This document shows, one piece after another, positions 9,194-18,238 of a stretch of DNA of 64,000 nucleotides. Each line of letters begins with the position of its first letter. Position 1 is the first letter of the stretch. The notes beneath the pieces are model-generated. The model was not told the DNA's origin. It saw nothing but the letters and a program-made list of their open reading frames with translations, and did no database searches. The position numbers and the translations under genes are program-made. The stretch comes from Candidatus Latescibacterota bacterium (GTDB lineage: Bacteria > Latescibacterota > UBA2968 > GCA-2709665): positions 1,728,001 to 1,792,000 of the forward strand of contig CBDDDZ010000005.1 of assembly GCA_965226795.1 (NCBI GenBank). The letters run 5' to 3'.

Positions 9194-9994
9194 CTATTTC
9201 AACAGCATCATTCGCTTGGACACCAAGAAATCGGCGGCCTGCAGACGATATAGATAGATGCCGCTGGCGACCTGCCGTCCCAATTGGTCCTTGCCATCCC
9301 AGTTTGCAGTATAGTCGCCCGCTTCCGTACGCGCATCCACCAGAACACGAACCTCCTGGCCAAGGAGATTGTAGATGGCCAGCCTGACCTGTCCGGCCTC
9401 CGAAATTTGATACTCGATTGTTGTGGAAGGGTTGAAGGGATTCGGCATATTCTGGCTCAGGGCCGTTCGGTCGGGCAGCGGCTTCAGATTTCCGATTTCT
9501 ATCTGAGTGAGGAGGTCGATGTTTCCATCGATTCCGACCAGTACCCCTTCCGCAATCTGAAAATCCGTTGCGAGCGGGATGTTGGTGGCCTTGAAGACAA
9601 GCTCGACGAGAACCCCGTCGCCGCTGGACCCCTGACCGTCGACTTTCATGGCGCCGATATCCAGTTTGCCGGGTGTCCGGTTGGACGACAGGAAAAGCGT
9701 ATTCTGTTCAGACCTGGCCTTAAGCAGATTGCCGTCGGCCTCCTTGGCTTCAAGAAACTCGTATTTGGCCGGATCGTAGATCAGCGAGAATCCGTATCCC
9801 TTCAGGCTTTTGGCTTCTTCAAGCGAAACGCGCAATTTCAAGACACCCTGGTCTGCATCAGAAGCGTCCGCCCGCTCCAGCATCAGCCGAGCGAAAGAAT
9901 TCTGACCACTTGTAATGGTCAAACCGTCGGTCATTTCACCGGCAGAAACCGACCCTGCCAAAGCAAGTGCCATAAAAACAAGTAACTTACGCAT
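9194..9994 (-). CDS. Secreted protein with cohesin-like domain and C-terminal FlgD-Ig / T9SS type-A sorting-like domain
   Basis: Signal peptide MRKLLVFMALALAGSVSA; cohesin-like GYGFSLIYDP..GDGVLVELVFK; C-terminal LSQNMPNPFNPSTTIEY..IYNLLGQEV..WDGKD..SGIYLYRL..KRMMLLK. Confidence 0.8.
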   Translation of the reverse strand: MRKLLVFMALALAGSVSAGEMTDGLTITSGQNSFARLMLERADASDADQGVLKLRVSLEEAKSLKGYGFSLIYDPAKYEFLEAKEADGNLLKARSEQNTLFLSSNRTPGKLDIGAMKVDGQGSSGDGVLVELVFKATNIPLATDFQIAEGVLVGIDGNIDLLTQIEIGNLKPLPDRTALSQNMPNPFNPSTTIEYQISEAGQVRLAIYNLLGQEVRVLVDARTEAGDYTANWDGKDQLGRQVASGIYLYRLQAADFLVSKRMMLLK

Positions 9995-10048
9995 AACCGC
10001 CTCCTATCGGAGCCCAAACAAAACGTATGGTGGATATTCCAGTTAGAA

Positions 10049-10077
10049 AATTTACGACTTATGTCGCCCCGTGTCAA
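10049..10077 (-). promoter_or_regulatory. sigma70-type promoter of the cohesin/FlgD gene
   Basis: Minus strand TTGACA-N17-TAAATT. Confidence 0.6.
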
Positions 10078-10308
10078 CAGGGAATTACGATGGCAACACT
10101 GTAAAAATACGATATGTATGACGATGGCAATTTACCGCCCCCTGGGCCGCATCCGGCTGGAGGTCTGCGTTGCCGCAGCGGCCGCCGGCATTAACTGTTT
10201 CGCAAACGTTGACGGCTACCTGGATTTCCGGCTTCACGATGGCTGGGCGAGCACTTCGGGCCACGTTGCTACCCTGCCGGAATGGAACCGGGTTTACACG
10301 CCGGGTGC

Positions 10309-11817
10309 TCAGACGTTGAAATAGTCCCGAATCGAATCGACAAGTCCGGTGATACCAATCTCCCGTCCGGCGGCTTGCGCGACAACTGAAAATCCAAGAT
10401 TCCGAGCCGTCTCGGCCGTTGTGGGCCCTATACAAGCGGCGGGAAGCTTCGGTGGCAGATCCGACATTCCAAATTGCTTGAAGAGTTCCGCGCAATATTT
10501 TGCAGCAGATGGACTTGACAAAATCAAAATGTCGACTTCATTTTGCTTCAGACGTGCCCGGACGTCATCTGAAATGCCCGAAGGTTTCACGGTTCGGTAG
10601 ACAATAATCTCCCGCACCTGCGCCCCTTGCGCGCCCAGTGCGTCGGGAATTGTTCGCCGCCCCTTTTCGGCCCGGGGAATCAGCACGCGCAGCCCGGACA
10701 TTTGTATTCGGGCGAACTCCACCGCAAGGTCGTCAGCGGTGTGCCGACACGGGAGCAAATCCACGCGAAGGCCGTAGCTACGTATCCTCTCCGCGGATTT
10801 CTGACCTACCACGGCAATCCGGACGTCCGCCAGCCCACAAAGGTCGCCGTGCAACGTGCGCACCCGCTGGATGAATCGCTCTATAGCGTTGCCGCTTGCA
10901 AATACAAGCCAGTCAAACTGTTCCAACTCTTCAATTGCGGCGTCCACCCGCACCCAATCCGGAGGCTCCGCGATCTCGATGGCTGGGGCCACCAGGACCT
11001 CCGCTCCCAGTCCCATCAACATTCCCCGCAGATCTCCGACGCGATCCCGGCTCCGTGTTATCATGACACGTTTTCCAAAAAGCGGCAGCCGTTCAAACCA
11101 CGGAAAGTCCGACCTGGCGACTTCTCCCACCACGATTGCGGCGGGGCTGGCGGCCTCCACCTCGGCAAGCGTGCCCAGCGTGCATCGGACGGTCTTCTGG
11201 CGTGGCAACGTTCCGTTCTGTACTACCGCTACAGGCGTATCGGACGGACGGCCTGCCCGGATCAATCTCCGGGCGACCTCCCCCCGATTTCGCACTCCCA
11301 TCAACACCACCAGCGTTCCGCCCAGCCGGCCCAGCGCGTGCCAGTCTACTTCCGGCAGGGCATCCAAAGATTCGCTGTGACCCGTTAAAAAGGTCACGTG
11401 CGGAGCGATCGCCCGGTGGGTGACCGGAATACCCGCGTATGCCGGCGCTGCGATCGCGCTTGTAATTCCCGGAATCACTTCAAATGCGACGCCCGCCTGT
11501 TTCAGCGTCGCCATTTCTTCTCCGCCGCGCCCGAATACGAATGGATCCCCACCCTTCAGACGCACCACATTTAGCCCCTTCGCCGCCCTGGCGACCATAA
11601 GGCGGTTGATCCGCTCTTGCTGGCGAGCCTGCGCGCCCGGCTGTTTCCCGACGTCGATCCGTTCACAATGCGACGGTGCTTCGTCCAGCAATACCGGATT
11701 TGCCAAGCTATCGTAGAGTATCACATCCGCTTGCCGGATGCGGCGAAGCGCTTTTATCGTTATCAGCTCGGGATCTCCCGGCCCCGCGCCAACCAGAAAA
11801 ACCGTGCCTTCCGCCAT
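10309..11817 (-). CDS. cobA: Uroporphyrinogen-III C-methyltransferase / uroporphyrinogen-III synthase fusion (CobA-HemD)
   Basis: VFLVGAGPGDPELIT, RLKGGDPFVFGRGGEE and IPGITSA motifs, then a HemD domain (LFGKRVMITRS..CIGPTTA). Confidence 0.95.
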   Translation of the reverse strand: MAEGTVFLVGAGPGDPELITIKALRRIRQADVILYDSLANPVLLDEAPSHCERIDVGKQPGAQARQQERINRLMVARAAKGLNVVRLKGGDPFVFGRGGEEMATLKQAGVAFEVIPGITSAIAAPAYAGIPVTHRAIAPHVTFLTGHSESLDALPEVDWHALGRLGGTLVVLMGVRNRGEVARRLIRAGRPSDTPVAVVQNGTLPRQKTVRCTLGTLAEVEAASPAAIVVGEVARSDFPWFERLPLFGKRVMITRSRDRVGDLRGMLMGLGAEVLVAPAIEIAEPPDWVRVDAAIEELEQFDWLVFASGNAIERFIQRVRTLHGDLCGLADVRIAVVGQKSAERIRSYGLRVDLLPCRHTADDLAVEFARIQMSGLRVLIPRAEKGRRTIPDALGAQGAQVREIIVYRTVKPSGISDDVRARLKQNEVDILILSSPSAAKYCAELFKQFGMSDLPPKLPAACIGPTTAETARNLGFSVVAQAAGREIGITGLVDSIRDYFNV

Positions 11818-11880
11818 GATCGCCCCAAGTAGCCAGGGAACCGGCCGCCCTGCGGTCACATTTGAGAGCCAATTTGCGGC

Positions 11881-12801
11881 CTAAAGGTACTTGTCCAGAA
11901 TCTCCTTCGCTCCCCGCTCGACCAGCAACTCGGAAAGCCTCATGCCGACTTCAATGGATGCTTCGGGATCTCCCGTCGTCCGGGCGCGGACGACCTTGCT
12001 GCCGTCGGGAACGGCCACCAACCCGTCTGCGACGAGATACCCTGCGTGCAACCGCGCCCATGCGCCAATAGGAACCTGGCAGCCTCCTGCGAGGGCATCC
12101 AGCATGACGCGCTCGGCGCTTACTGCAAGATACGTGGAAAAATCGTTTAAACAGCCCACGGCCCGCGCCACCCTGTTGTCGCCCTGCCTGATCTGGATGC
12201 CGAGTGCGCCCTGCCCGGGCGCCGGCAAAAACCGCTCTGCGGGTAGAAATTCGCTCACCCGGTTTTCTAATCCGAGCCGGCGCAGGCCCGCCGCGGCCAG
12301 TACCAGCGCCTCGAATTCTCCTGCGTCCAGTTTCCGTAGCCGGGTATCGACGTTTCCACGAATCCCTGTGATCTTCAGATCGGGTCTGCTGTGCCGCAAC
12401 TGCGCCTGGCGTCTCAGGCTGCCCGTACCAACCACCGCGCCCTCGGGCAGACCTTCCAGTTTATGACCGGCACAGCTTACCAGTGCGTCTCGGACATCGG
12501 CGCGGGGGCTGACGGCCTCAAGTCGCAAACCCTCAGGCGGTCTGGTAGGCAGGTCCTTCAAGGAGTGCACTGCGAGGTCGATTCGGCCATCGAGGAGCGC
12601 CTCCTCGATTTCTCTGATAAAAACGCGCTTGCCGTCAATCCCCGCAACTGGTTCATTCGGTTCACGATCCCCACGGGTTCTGATAACCTCTATACAAACT
12701 TCGAGACCGGAGTACGCGCCCCGCAGCGTATTCCTGGCCCAGGCCGCCTGCCAGAGAGCGAGGGGGCTGCCGCGGCTGCCGATTACAAGACGAGTCAGCA
12801 T
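11881..12801 (-). CDS. hemC: Hydroxymethylbilane synthase (porphobilinogen deaminase)
   Basis: IGSRGSPLALWQA, AVHSLKD, GSLRR, RGNVDTRL and GGCQVPIG motifs. Confidence 0.97.
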   Translation of the reverse strand: MLTRLVIGSRGSPLALWQAAWARNTLRGAYSGLEVCIEVIRTRGDREPNEPVAGIDGKRVFIREIEEALLDGRIDLAVHSLKDLPTRPPEGLRLEAVSPRADVRDALVSCAGHKLEGLPEGAVVGTGSLRRQAQLRHSRPDLKITGIRGNVDTRLRKLDAGEFEALVLAAAGLRRLGLENRVSEFLPAERFLPAPGQGALGIQIRQGDNRVARAVGCLNDFSTYLAVSAERVMLDALAGGCQVPIGAWARLHAGYLVADGLVAVPDGSKVVRARTTGDPEASIEVGMRLSELLVERGAKEILDKYL

Positions 12802-14120
12802 TTGGTTTGCACCTTCTCTACGGGTGCTTCTTTCGGGGTCGATTTCACCAGTCCGGCCGGGGGCGCATCCAGGTCAAACAGGCGGATCAATGCGTCAACG
12901 TAGTTCAGCGCCTCTCCAGAATCGGCCGCTTCACGCAACCGGACCTGCGGAGCGTGCAACAGCTTGTTCATGTAAAGCCGCAGGAGGCCGGCCACTTTTT
13001 TCTGCTGCCCCTCCGAGAAATCCGACAATCTGGCACGCTCCAGTTCCTCATCGAGGAGTTCCTGAAACCGCTGCCGCATGGCCACAATGGCCGGCACGAC
13101 ATCCAAGGAATTCAGCCACGAAGCAAATTCCCTCACCCCCTCGTCCACAATGTGCCGGACCTTCTCCGCCTCACGTCGCCTTTTCTTCATGTTGGCTCCG
13201 ACGACCGCCTGCAAATCGTCGATATCGTATAAAAAGACGTTGTAGAGTGATCCCGCTTCCGGGTCGATGTCTCTCGGCACTGCAATATCGATGAGGAACA
13301 TGGCGTTGTTCCGGCGCTGCTGCATCGCACGCGCAACCCGAGGCTTCTGCAGAATTGGGTCCGTGGCGCTGGTTGAACTGATCACGATGTCCGCTCGGTG
13401 CAAGCCATCCATCGCGTCCGACCACGACAATGCCTTCCCATTGACACGTCTCGCCAGGTCCCGCGCCCGGCTGAACGTCCGACTGGACACCATCAGTCGA
13501 CCCACCCCGTTATCCACAAGATGTCTGGCGGTCAACTCGCTCATCTCCCCCGCACCCAGAACCAGAGCCGTCCTTTCGTCCAAATTGCCCAGGATCTTCT
13601 TTGCCAGCGCGACGGCCGCAAAACTGACCGAAACCGCGCCATCGGCGATCTCGGTTTCCGTTCGCGCGCGTTTGGAAGCTTCGACGGCCGAACGAAACAA
13701 CCGGTTCAGAATGGCGCCGGTTGTACCCGCTTCCAAGGCGCGGGCGCCCGCACCCTTCACCTGTCCGGCGATCTGCGGCTCGCCCATGATCATCGAATCC
13801 AGGCCCGACGCCACACCAAGCAGATGCCGAACCGCGTCCATGTCGTTGCGTGTGAATGTATATTTGCACAACTCACCGGCGGCGATCCCGCTGATTTCGC
13901 CAAATACGTCAATCGCGCCCATGCGGGCGGCCTCGGGATCGTCCGATACCAGATAGGCCTCGGAACGGTTACACGTTGAGATGAGACTGCACTCGACCAC
14001 GTTATCGAGCGCGTGAATTCGCTCAAGGATGGATCCGTGCTTCTGTTCGGAGACCGCCACACGGTCCCGGACTTCCACCGAAGCCGTTCGGTGGCTCAAC
14101 CCCACCACTACGATAGACAT
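12795..14120 (-). CDS. hemA: Glutamyl-tRNA reductase
   Basis: GLSHRTA, STCNRSE, GLDSMIMGEPQI, GAGEM and DIAVPRDID motifs. Confidence 0.97.
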   Translation of the reverse strand: MSIVVVGLSHRTASVEVRDRVAVSEQKHGSILERIHALDNVVECSLISTCNRSEAYLVSDDPEAARMGAIDVFGEISGIAAGELCKYTFTRNDMDAVRHLLGVASGLDSMIMGEPQIAGQVKGAGARALEAGTTGAILNRLFRSAVEASKRARTETEIADGAVSVSFAAVALAKKILGNLDERTALVLGAGEMSELTARHLVDNGVGRLMVSSRTFSRARDLARRVNGKALSWSDAMDGLHRADIVISSTSATDPILQKPRVARAMQQRRNNAMFLIDIAVPRDIDPEAGSLYNVFLYDIDDLQAVVGANMKKRRREAEKVRHIVDEGVREFASWLNSLDVVPAIVAMRQRFQELLDEELERARLSDFSEGQQKKVAGLLRLYMNKLLHAPQVRLREAADSGEALNYVDALIRLFDLDAPPAGLVKSTPKEAPVEKVQTKC

Positions 14121-14749
14121 GCCCGTACTCTCTTATCGAGCTCGTCCCAACGTTCCCGTCGGACCAGGTCTACGGTCTCCCAGTTCACCAGACGATCCCA
14201 TACGGCCTTTCGTCGTGCGGGACTTTCGGGAAACAGCGCCATCACCCGTGGACGCAACCGGGCCAGATAGTCCACCACGCTTCCATGTTCGCGCCCCAGA
14301 ACATCCTCGAGATGCCGCGTGACCATCCGCGCGTATGCAGGGCTGGCACCGGCGGTTGAAACCGCCACCTGAAACCCGCCGCGACGCAGCGTAGAAGGCA
14401 CGGCAAAATCCCCAAGACCCTTTCCGTCCGAGCGATTGACCGGAATCCCGTTCTGCCCTGCGGCAAGCACCACCTCATCGTTAACGGGGACCCGGTCGGT
14501 CGCAGCGAAAACCAGGGCGGCGCCTGCGACGTCGCTCCCATGAAATTCGCAACGCTTCAGGTGGATACGACCGGCAGCAGCCAAGCCATCCAGCGAATCC
14601 GATACTTCCGGCGCAATCACCGACACGCGCGCACCCGCGGCGAGCAGGCCGCGTACTTTCCGCTCAGCAACGGATCCACCGCCTACGACGACACATTTTT
14701 TGTTCTGTAAATCCAGAAAGATCGGATATTCAAGCCTATGGCCGGCCAT
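14108..14749 (-). CDS. Precorrin-2 dehydrogenase / sirohydrochlorin ferrochelatase (SirC/Met8/CysG-N-like)
   Basis: YPIFLDL..VVGGGSVAERK, VFAATD and AVSTAGASP motifs; lies in the hem operon. Confidence 0.9.
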   Translation of the reverse strand: MAGHRLEYPIFLDLQNKKCVVVGGGSVAERKVRGLLAAGARVSVIAPEVSDSLDGLAAAGRIHLKRCEFHGSDVAGAALVFAATDRVPVNDEVVLAAGQNGIPVNRSDGKGLGDFAVPSTLRRGGFQVAVSTAGASPAYARMVTRHLEDVLGREHGSVVDYLARLRPRVMALFPESPARRKAVWDRLVNWETVDLVRRERWDELDKRVRACLS

Positions 14750-14769
14750 ATGTACTCACATACATCAAC

Positions 14770-15596
14770 CTACTGTGCCAGAACGTGTTTTCCGGGAAAC
14801 AGCAATCCCATTACGGGGAATGCGAATACCACGAGAACAAACCCGAGAATTGACATGAATGCCGCCCGCTTTCCCTGCCATCCGGCGATCCGTCGGGCAG
14901 CCAGGTGCCCGGCATAGACAATCCATGTCACCAGCAGCACCCAGAACGCAGGTTCGCTCCAGATCCAAAGCCGGTACATCTTTTGGTGGACCCAAACCGA
15001 ACTTGCCACGATACCCGCCGTCATGAAAACAAAACCGAACGATGCCGCCCGGCTATTGGTCTGGTCGAGTGTATCCAGCGGCGGCAGCGATCGTAGAAAA
15101 AGCCCAGGTGCTTCTTCTGAATCTCCCCCAACAGCATCACGTACATCGTTGCGCTGACACTGGATATGGCAAACGCCGCATAGGCCAGAATGTAGGCGAT
15201 CACGTGGAGTTTGAACCAGCCACCCGTGTGCGCCACTCTTGGCGCTTCTTCTACACCCGTAAGGTTGGAAGCAGCAACAAGGTGCAACACCGCCACAATG
15301 GGTACAACCAGCGCGCCCAGCGACCCGCGACAGGTGCCGAATTCCAGGTACAGAAAGACAATAACAACCAGCCAGGCGCATAAGGACGGCAGCACCTGGC
15401 TGGTCAAAGGAACCTGTCCCGTTGCAAGAGCCATTCTGGCCAGCAACGTACTATGCAGCACCCAGCCCGCAATGAGACCCCAAAAACCAAGGGAGCCCCC
15501 GAGGGCCTGCTTTCGTATAAAATGGGCGGCGTACGCACACGCGCTGACGACGTAGGCCACGCCCGTACTCATCACTAGCAGATTGTGCATGCCCAT
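14770..15596 (-). CDS. ccsA: Cytochrome c assembly family membrane protein (CcsA/HemX-like), split by a 1-nt deletion near 15086
   Basis: ORF 15021..15596 gives the N-half (FKLHVIAYILAY) and ORF 14770..15381 the C-half (LPPLDTLD..W..WSEP..W..Y..H..GWQGKRAA). One added base restores GFFYDRLPPLDTLD. Confidence 0.85.
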
Positions 15597-15745
15597 AACA
15601 TCGGTCCCCGACGTGTCACGGCCCGTGAAAATGAACTCTGACCCTCACGCCGTCAGGGCCAATGACGGCGCTTCCCCACATCCGGCACCGGTGATCCGGT
15701 TACTTCTCCCTGAACCCCCGAGAAGGTCGATGCAGTCCATTTAAC

Positions 15746-16945
15746 TTACACAAACCCATCCGTCGAATCAATCGAAATCCCACATCTTCTACCCGGCGCA
15801 ACCACGCCAAGTACCACGGGTTTGGAGGCGCCCGTCGCGCCGGGCAGATTCCCGGGTCGGCCTTCCACCGTAGCATTGGCCAGCACCGCAAAAGCAATCG
15901 CTTCTTTTGCATCAGACGGCACGCCAAGCGCATCCGTCTGACAGATGTCCAAACCCGGGAGCGCACCGCGCAGCATATCCATTATAACCGCATTTCGACC
16001 GCCGCCGCCACTGACTGCCATTCTACCGATAGGACTGACGGGCAGGACAAACCGTTTCAACGCATCCGCAATACTTCGTGCCGTAAACGCGGTTGCGGTG
16101 GCGATCAGGTCTTCATCCGGTACGCGGCCGCGCCGGGCCAGGATGTTCCGAACCAGTGATGCGCCGAACGTCTCCCTTCCGGTCGACTTGGGCGGCACCC
16201 TCTTCAGAAAGGGATGGCGCATCATTTCCGCCAAAAGGGAATCGGACACTTCGCCGGAAGCCGCGAACGCGCCACCCGCGTCGTACGCCAGGCGTCCTCC
16301 CGTCAGGACCCACGTCAGTGCGTCCAGCATCATGTTTCCGGGACCCGTATCAAATGCCATGACATCTTCCGGCCCGCACCCGGTGGGCAACACGGTAACG
16401 TTTGAAATTCCGCCGATATTCAACAACACGCGCCCCTCCCGCCTGGACCGGAATAGCAGATAGTCCACTAACGGGACCAGCGGCGCCCCCTGTCCGCCGA
16501 CCGCCAGGTCCCGCGCCCTAAAGTCCGCGACCGTGGTGACTCCGGTGCGCTCGGCGATCACACACGGGTCGGCGATTTGCAATGAGGATCGCGTTACCAC
16601 CCCGAACGTGCTGTGGGCTTCCGGCAGGTGGTGTACCGTCTGTCCGTGCGACCCGATGAGATCCACGTTGGACATCTCGACGCCGGCCTTACGACACACG
16701 TTGAAAGCGGCCCTGGCAAACCACTCCCCGAGAATGACATGCAGCCTGCATATCTTGGCCACATTGCCACCCTCGGCTTCCGATACCTCAAGGATCTCCT
16801 GCCGCAATTCCGGAGGGTACGGCAATTCGGTAAACGCGACCAGCCGAACCCTGGTTTCCGCAAGCCCGACCTCGACGAGAGCCGCATCAACGCCGTCCGC
16901 AGACGTACCCGACATCAGGCCGATCACCCTGCGAAACGTGCTCAC
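15746..16945 (-). CDS. anmK: Anhydro-N-acetylmuramic acid kinase
   Basis: IGLMSGTSADGVD, GSHGQTV, DFRARD..GGQGAPLVP, NIGGISN, DTGPGN, PKSTGRE and KEAIAFA motifs; start approximate. Confidence 0.96.
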   Translation of the reverse strand: MSTFRRVIGLMSGTSADGVDAALVEVGLAETRVRLVAFTELPYPPELRQEILEVSEAEGGNVAKICRLHVILGEWFARAAFNVCRKAGVEMSNVDLIGSHGQTVHHLPEAHSTFGVVTRSSLQIADPCVIAERTGVTTVADFRARDLAVGGQGAPLVPLVDYLLFRSRREGRVLLNIGGISNVTVLPTGCGPEDVMAFDTGPGNMMLDALTWVLTGGRLAYDAGGAFAASGEVSDSLLAEMMRHPFLKRVPPKSTGRETFGASLVRNILARRGRVPDEDLIATATAFTARSIADALKRFVLPVSPIGRMAVSGGGGRNAVIMDMLRGALPGLDICQTDALGVPSDAKEAIAFAVLANATVEGRPGNLPGATGASKPVVLGVVAPGRRCGISIDSTDGFV

Positions 16946-17182
16946 ACAACACCCCCCGCTTTTCATTGGTGTCGCCCGAATGCATTGACATCCATCCGGT
17001 CGTGACGTCTCTGGGAACAATACGATAGACGGTGCCGACCTCGCGGTTTCTTTCAAAAACGGAACGGCGGCCGTCATCGCAGTTCTTCAAGCACCTTGAA
17101 CGATGTTTCCGTCGGCGGGAACGAAAGGCGATTCCCATCGACTCTGCGCGGATGATACCCCTTCCGATACCGCATTATCCGT

Positions 17183-18238
17183 TCAACGCCGGCGCCCGCG
17201 GCGATAGACGTCCGATGCCTTACTTACTCCCGTCACGAAATATTGGAAACCGATCACACCACGGTACAGGTTCCGGACGATCTCCGCGTCCTTGACCATG
17301 CGCACCCGTTGCGCGTCTCTTCGTCGACGGAGTATCGCCATCGGATGAAGCATCACCCAGCACAGGCCGCACAGCGCCGCCGCCGGTCGCTTCCAGTCGC
17401 ACTTCGCCATTCCGAGCAGCACGGTCCCCAGTTCCATCAGGACCCGCGCCGGAAACACCCAGGCCAGCGAGAGAGCGGACAGGTTCTTCAACATCATTAC
17501 CAGTTGATTACGATGGTTCAGATACGCCTTCCGGAAACCCCCCGCATCCAGGGTCCAGCCCCCATAGTGATAGACCATGGACTCCGGAACCGAAATCACC
17601 CGGTACCCTACGAGATGGAAACGCCAGCAAAGGTCGATTTCCTCCATGTGCATATAAAACGCTTCGTCCATGAGTCCGGTTTCCCGCAGGCATCGTATGC
17701 GCAGGAACATCGCGCCACCTACCGCCCAGAATATTTCTCGAGAACGATCGTACTGGCCTCGATCGACCTCGACCGTTTCAAACAACCGGCCCAGACAGAA
17801 GGTGTATCCAAGCATGTCCATCATCCCGCCCGCCGCGCCTCCGTAGTCGAATTTCTCGCGTTGACGTAGTGACCTCACCTTGGGCTGGCAAACGCCTACC
17901 CGCGGGTCGGCTTCCATTGCGGCCACCAGCGGCGGCAACCAGTTTTCGGCGACTTCGACGTCGTTATTCAACAACATCGCATATTCCCCGCGCGCGACCT
18001 CCAGCCCCCGGTTACATCCAGCCCCCATACCCTTCCCGCCACCAACGTCCACGACCCGAATCCCGGGAAACCGCGCCTCCGCTCGCTGCAAGCTACCGTC
18101 GTCATACGGCCTGTCGTCGGCGACGATCACCTCAAACGGCACGCCGGTTGTTCTCTCGTAGAGGAAATCCAGACACCCGAGGAGAACATCCCCCAGGAAA
18201 TGCGGCACAATCACAGACACCAGGGGCTCAGGGGCCAT
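17183..18238 (-). CDS. Glycosyltransferase family 2
   Basis: VSVIVP, LLNNDV and FYMHMEEIDLCWR motifs; start MAPEP follows AGGAGG. Confidence 0.92.
   Translation of the reverse strand: MAPEPLVSVIVPHFLGDVLLGCLDFLYERTTGVPFEVIVADDRPYDDGSLQRAEARFPGIRVVDVGGGKGMGAGCNRGLEVARGEYAMLLNNDVEVAENWLPPLVAAMEADPRVGVCQPKVRSLRQREKFDYGGAAGGMMDMLGYTFCLGRLFETVEVDRGQYDRSREIFWAVGGAMFLRIRCLRETGLMDEAFYMHMEEIDLCWRFHLVGYRVISVPESMVYHYGGWTLDAGGFRKAYLNHRNQLVMMLKNLSALSLAWVFPARVLMELGTVLLGMAKCDWKRPAAALCGLCWVMLHPMAILRRRRDAQRVRMVKDAEIVRNLYRGVIGFQYFVTGVSKASDVYRRGRRR

Noticed and set aside
15600..15745. Cobalamin riboswitch upstream of the hem operon
   Set aside because: Hairpins exist (e.g. CGCCGTCA/TGACGGCG), but the B12-box and GCCACTG core are not present.
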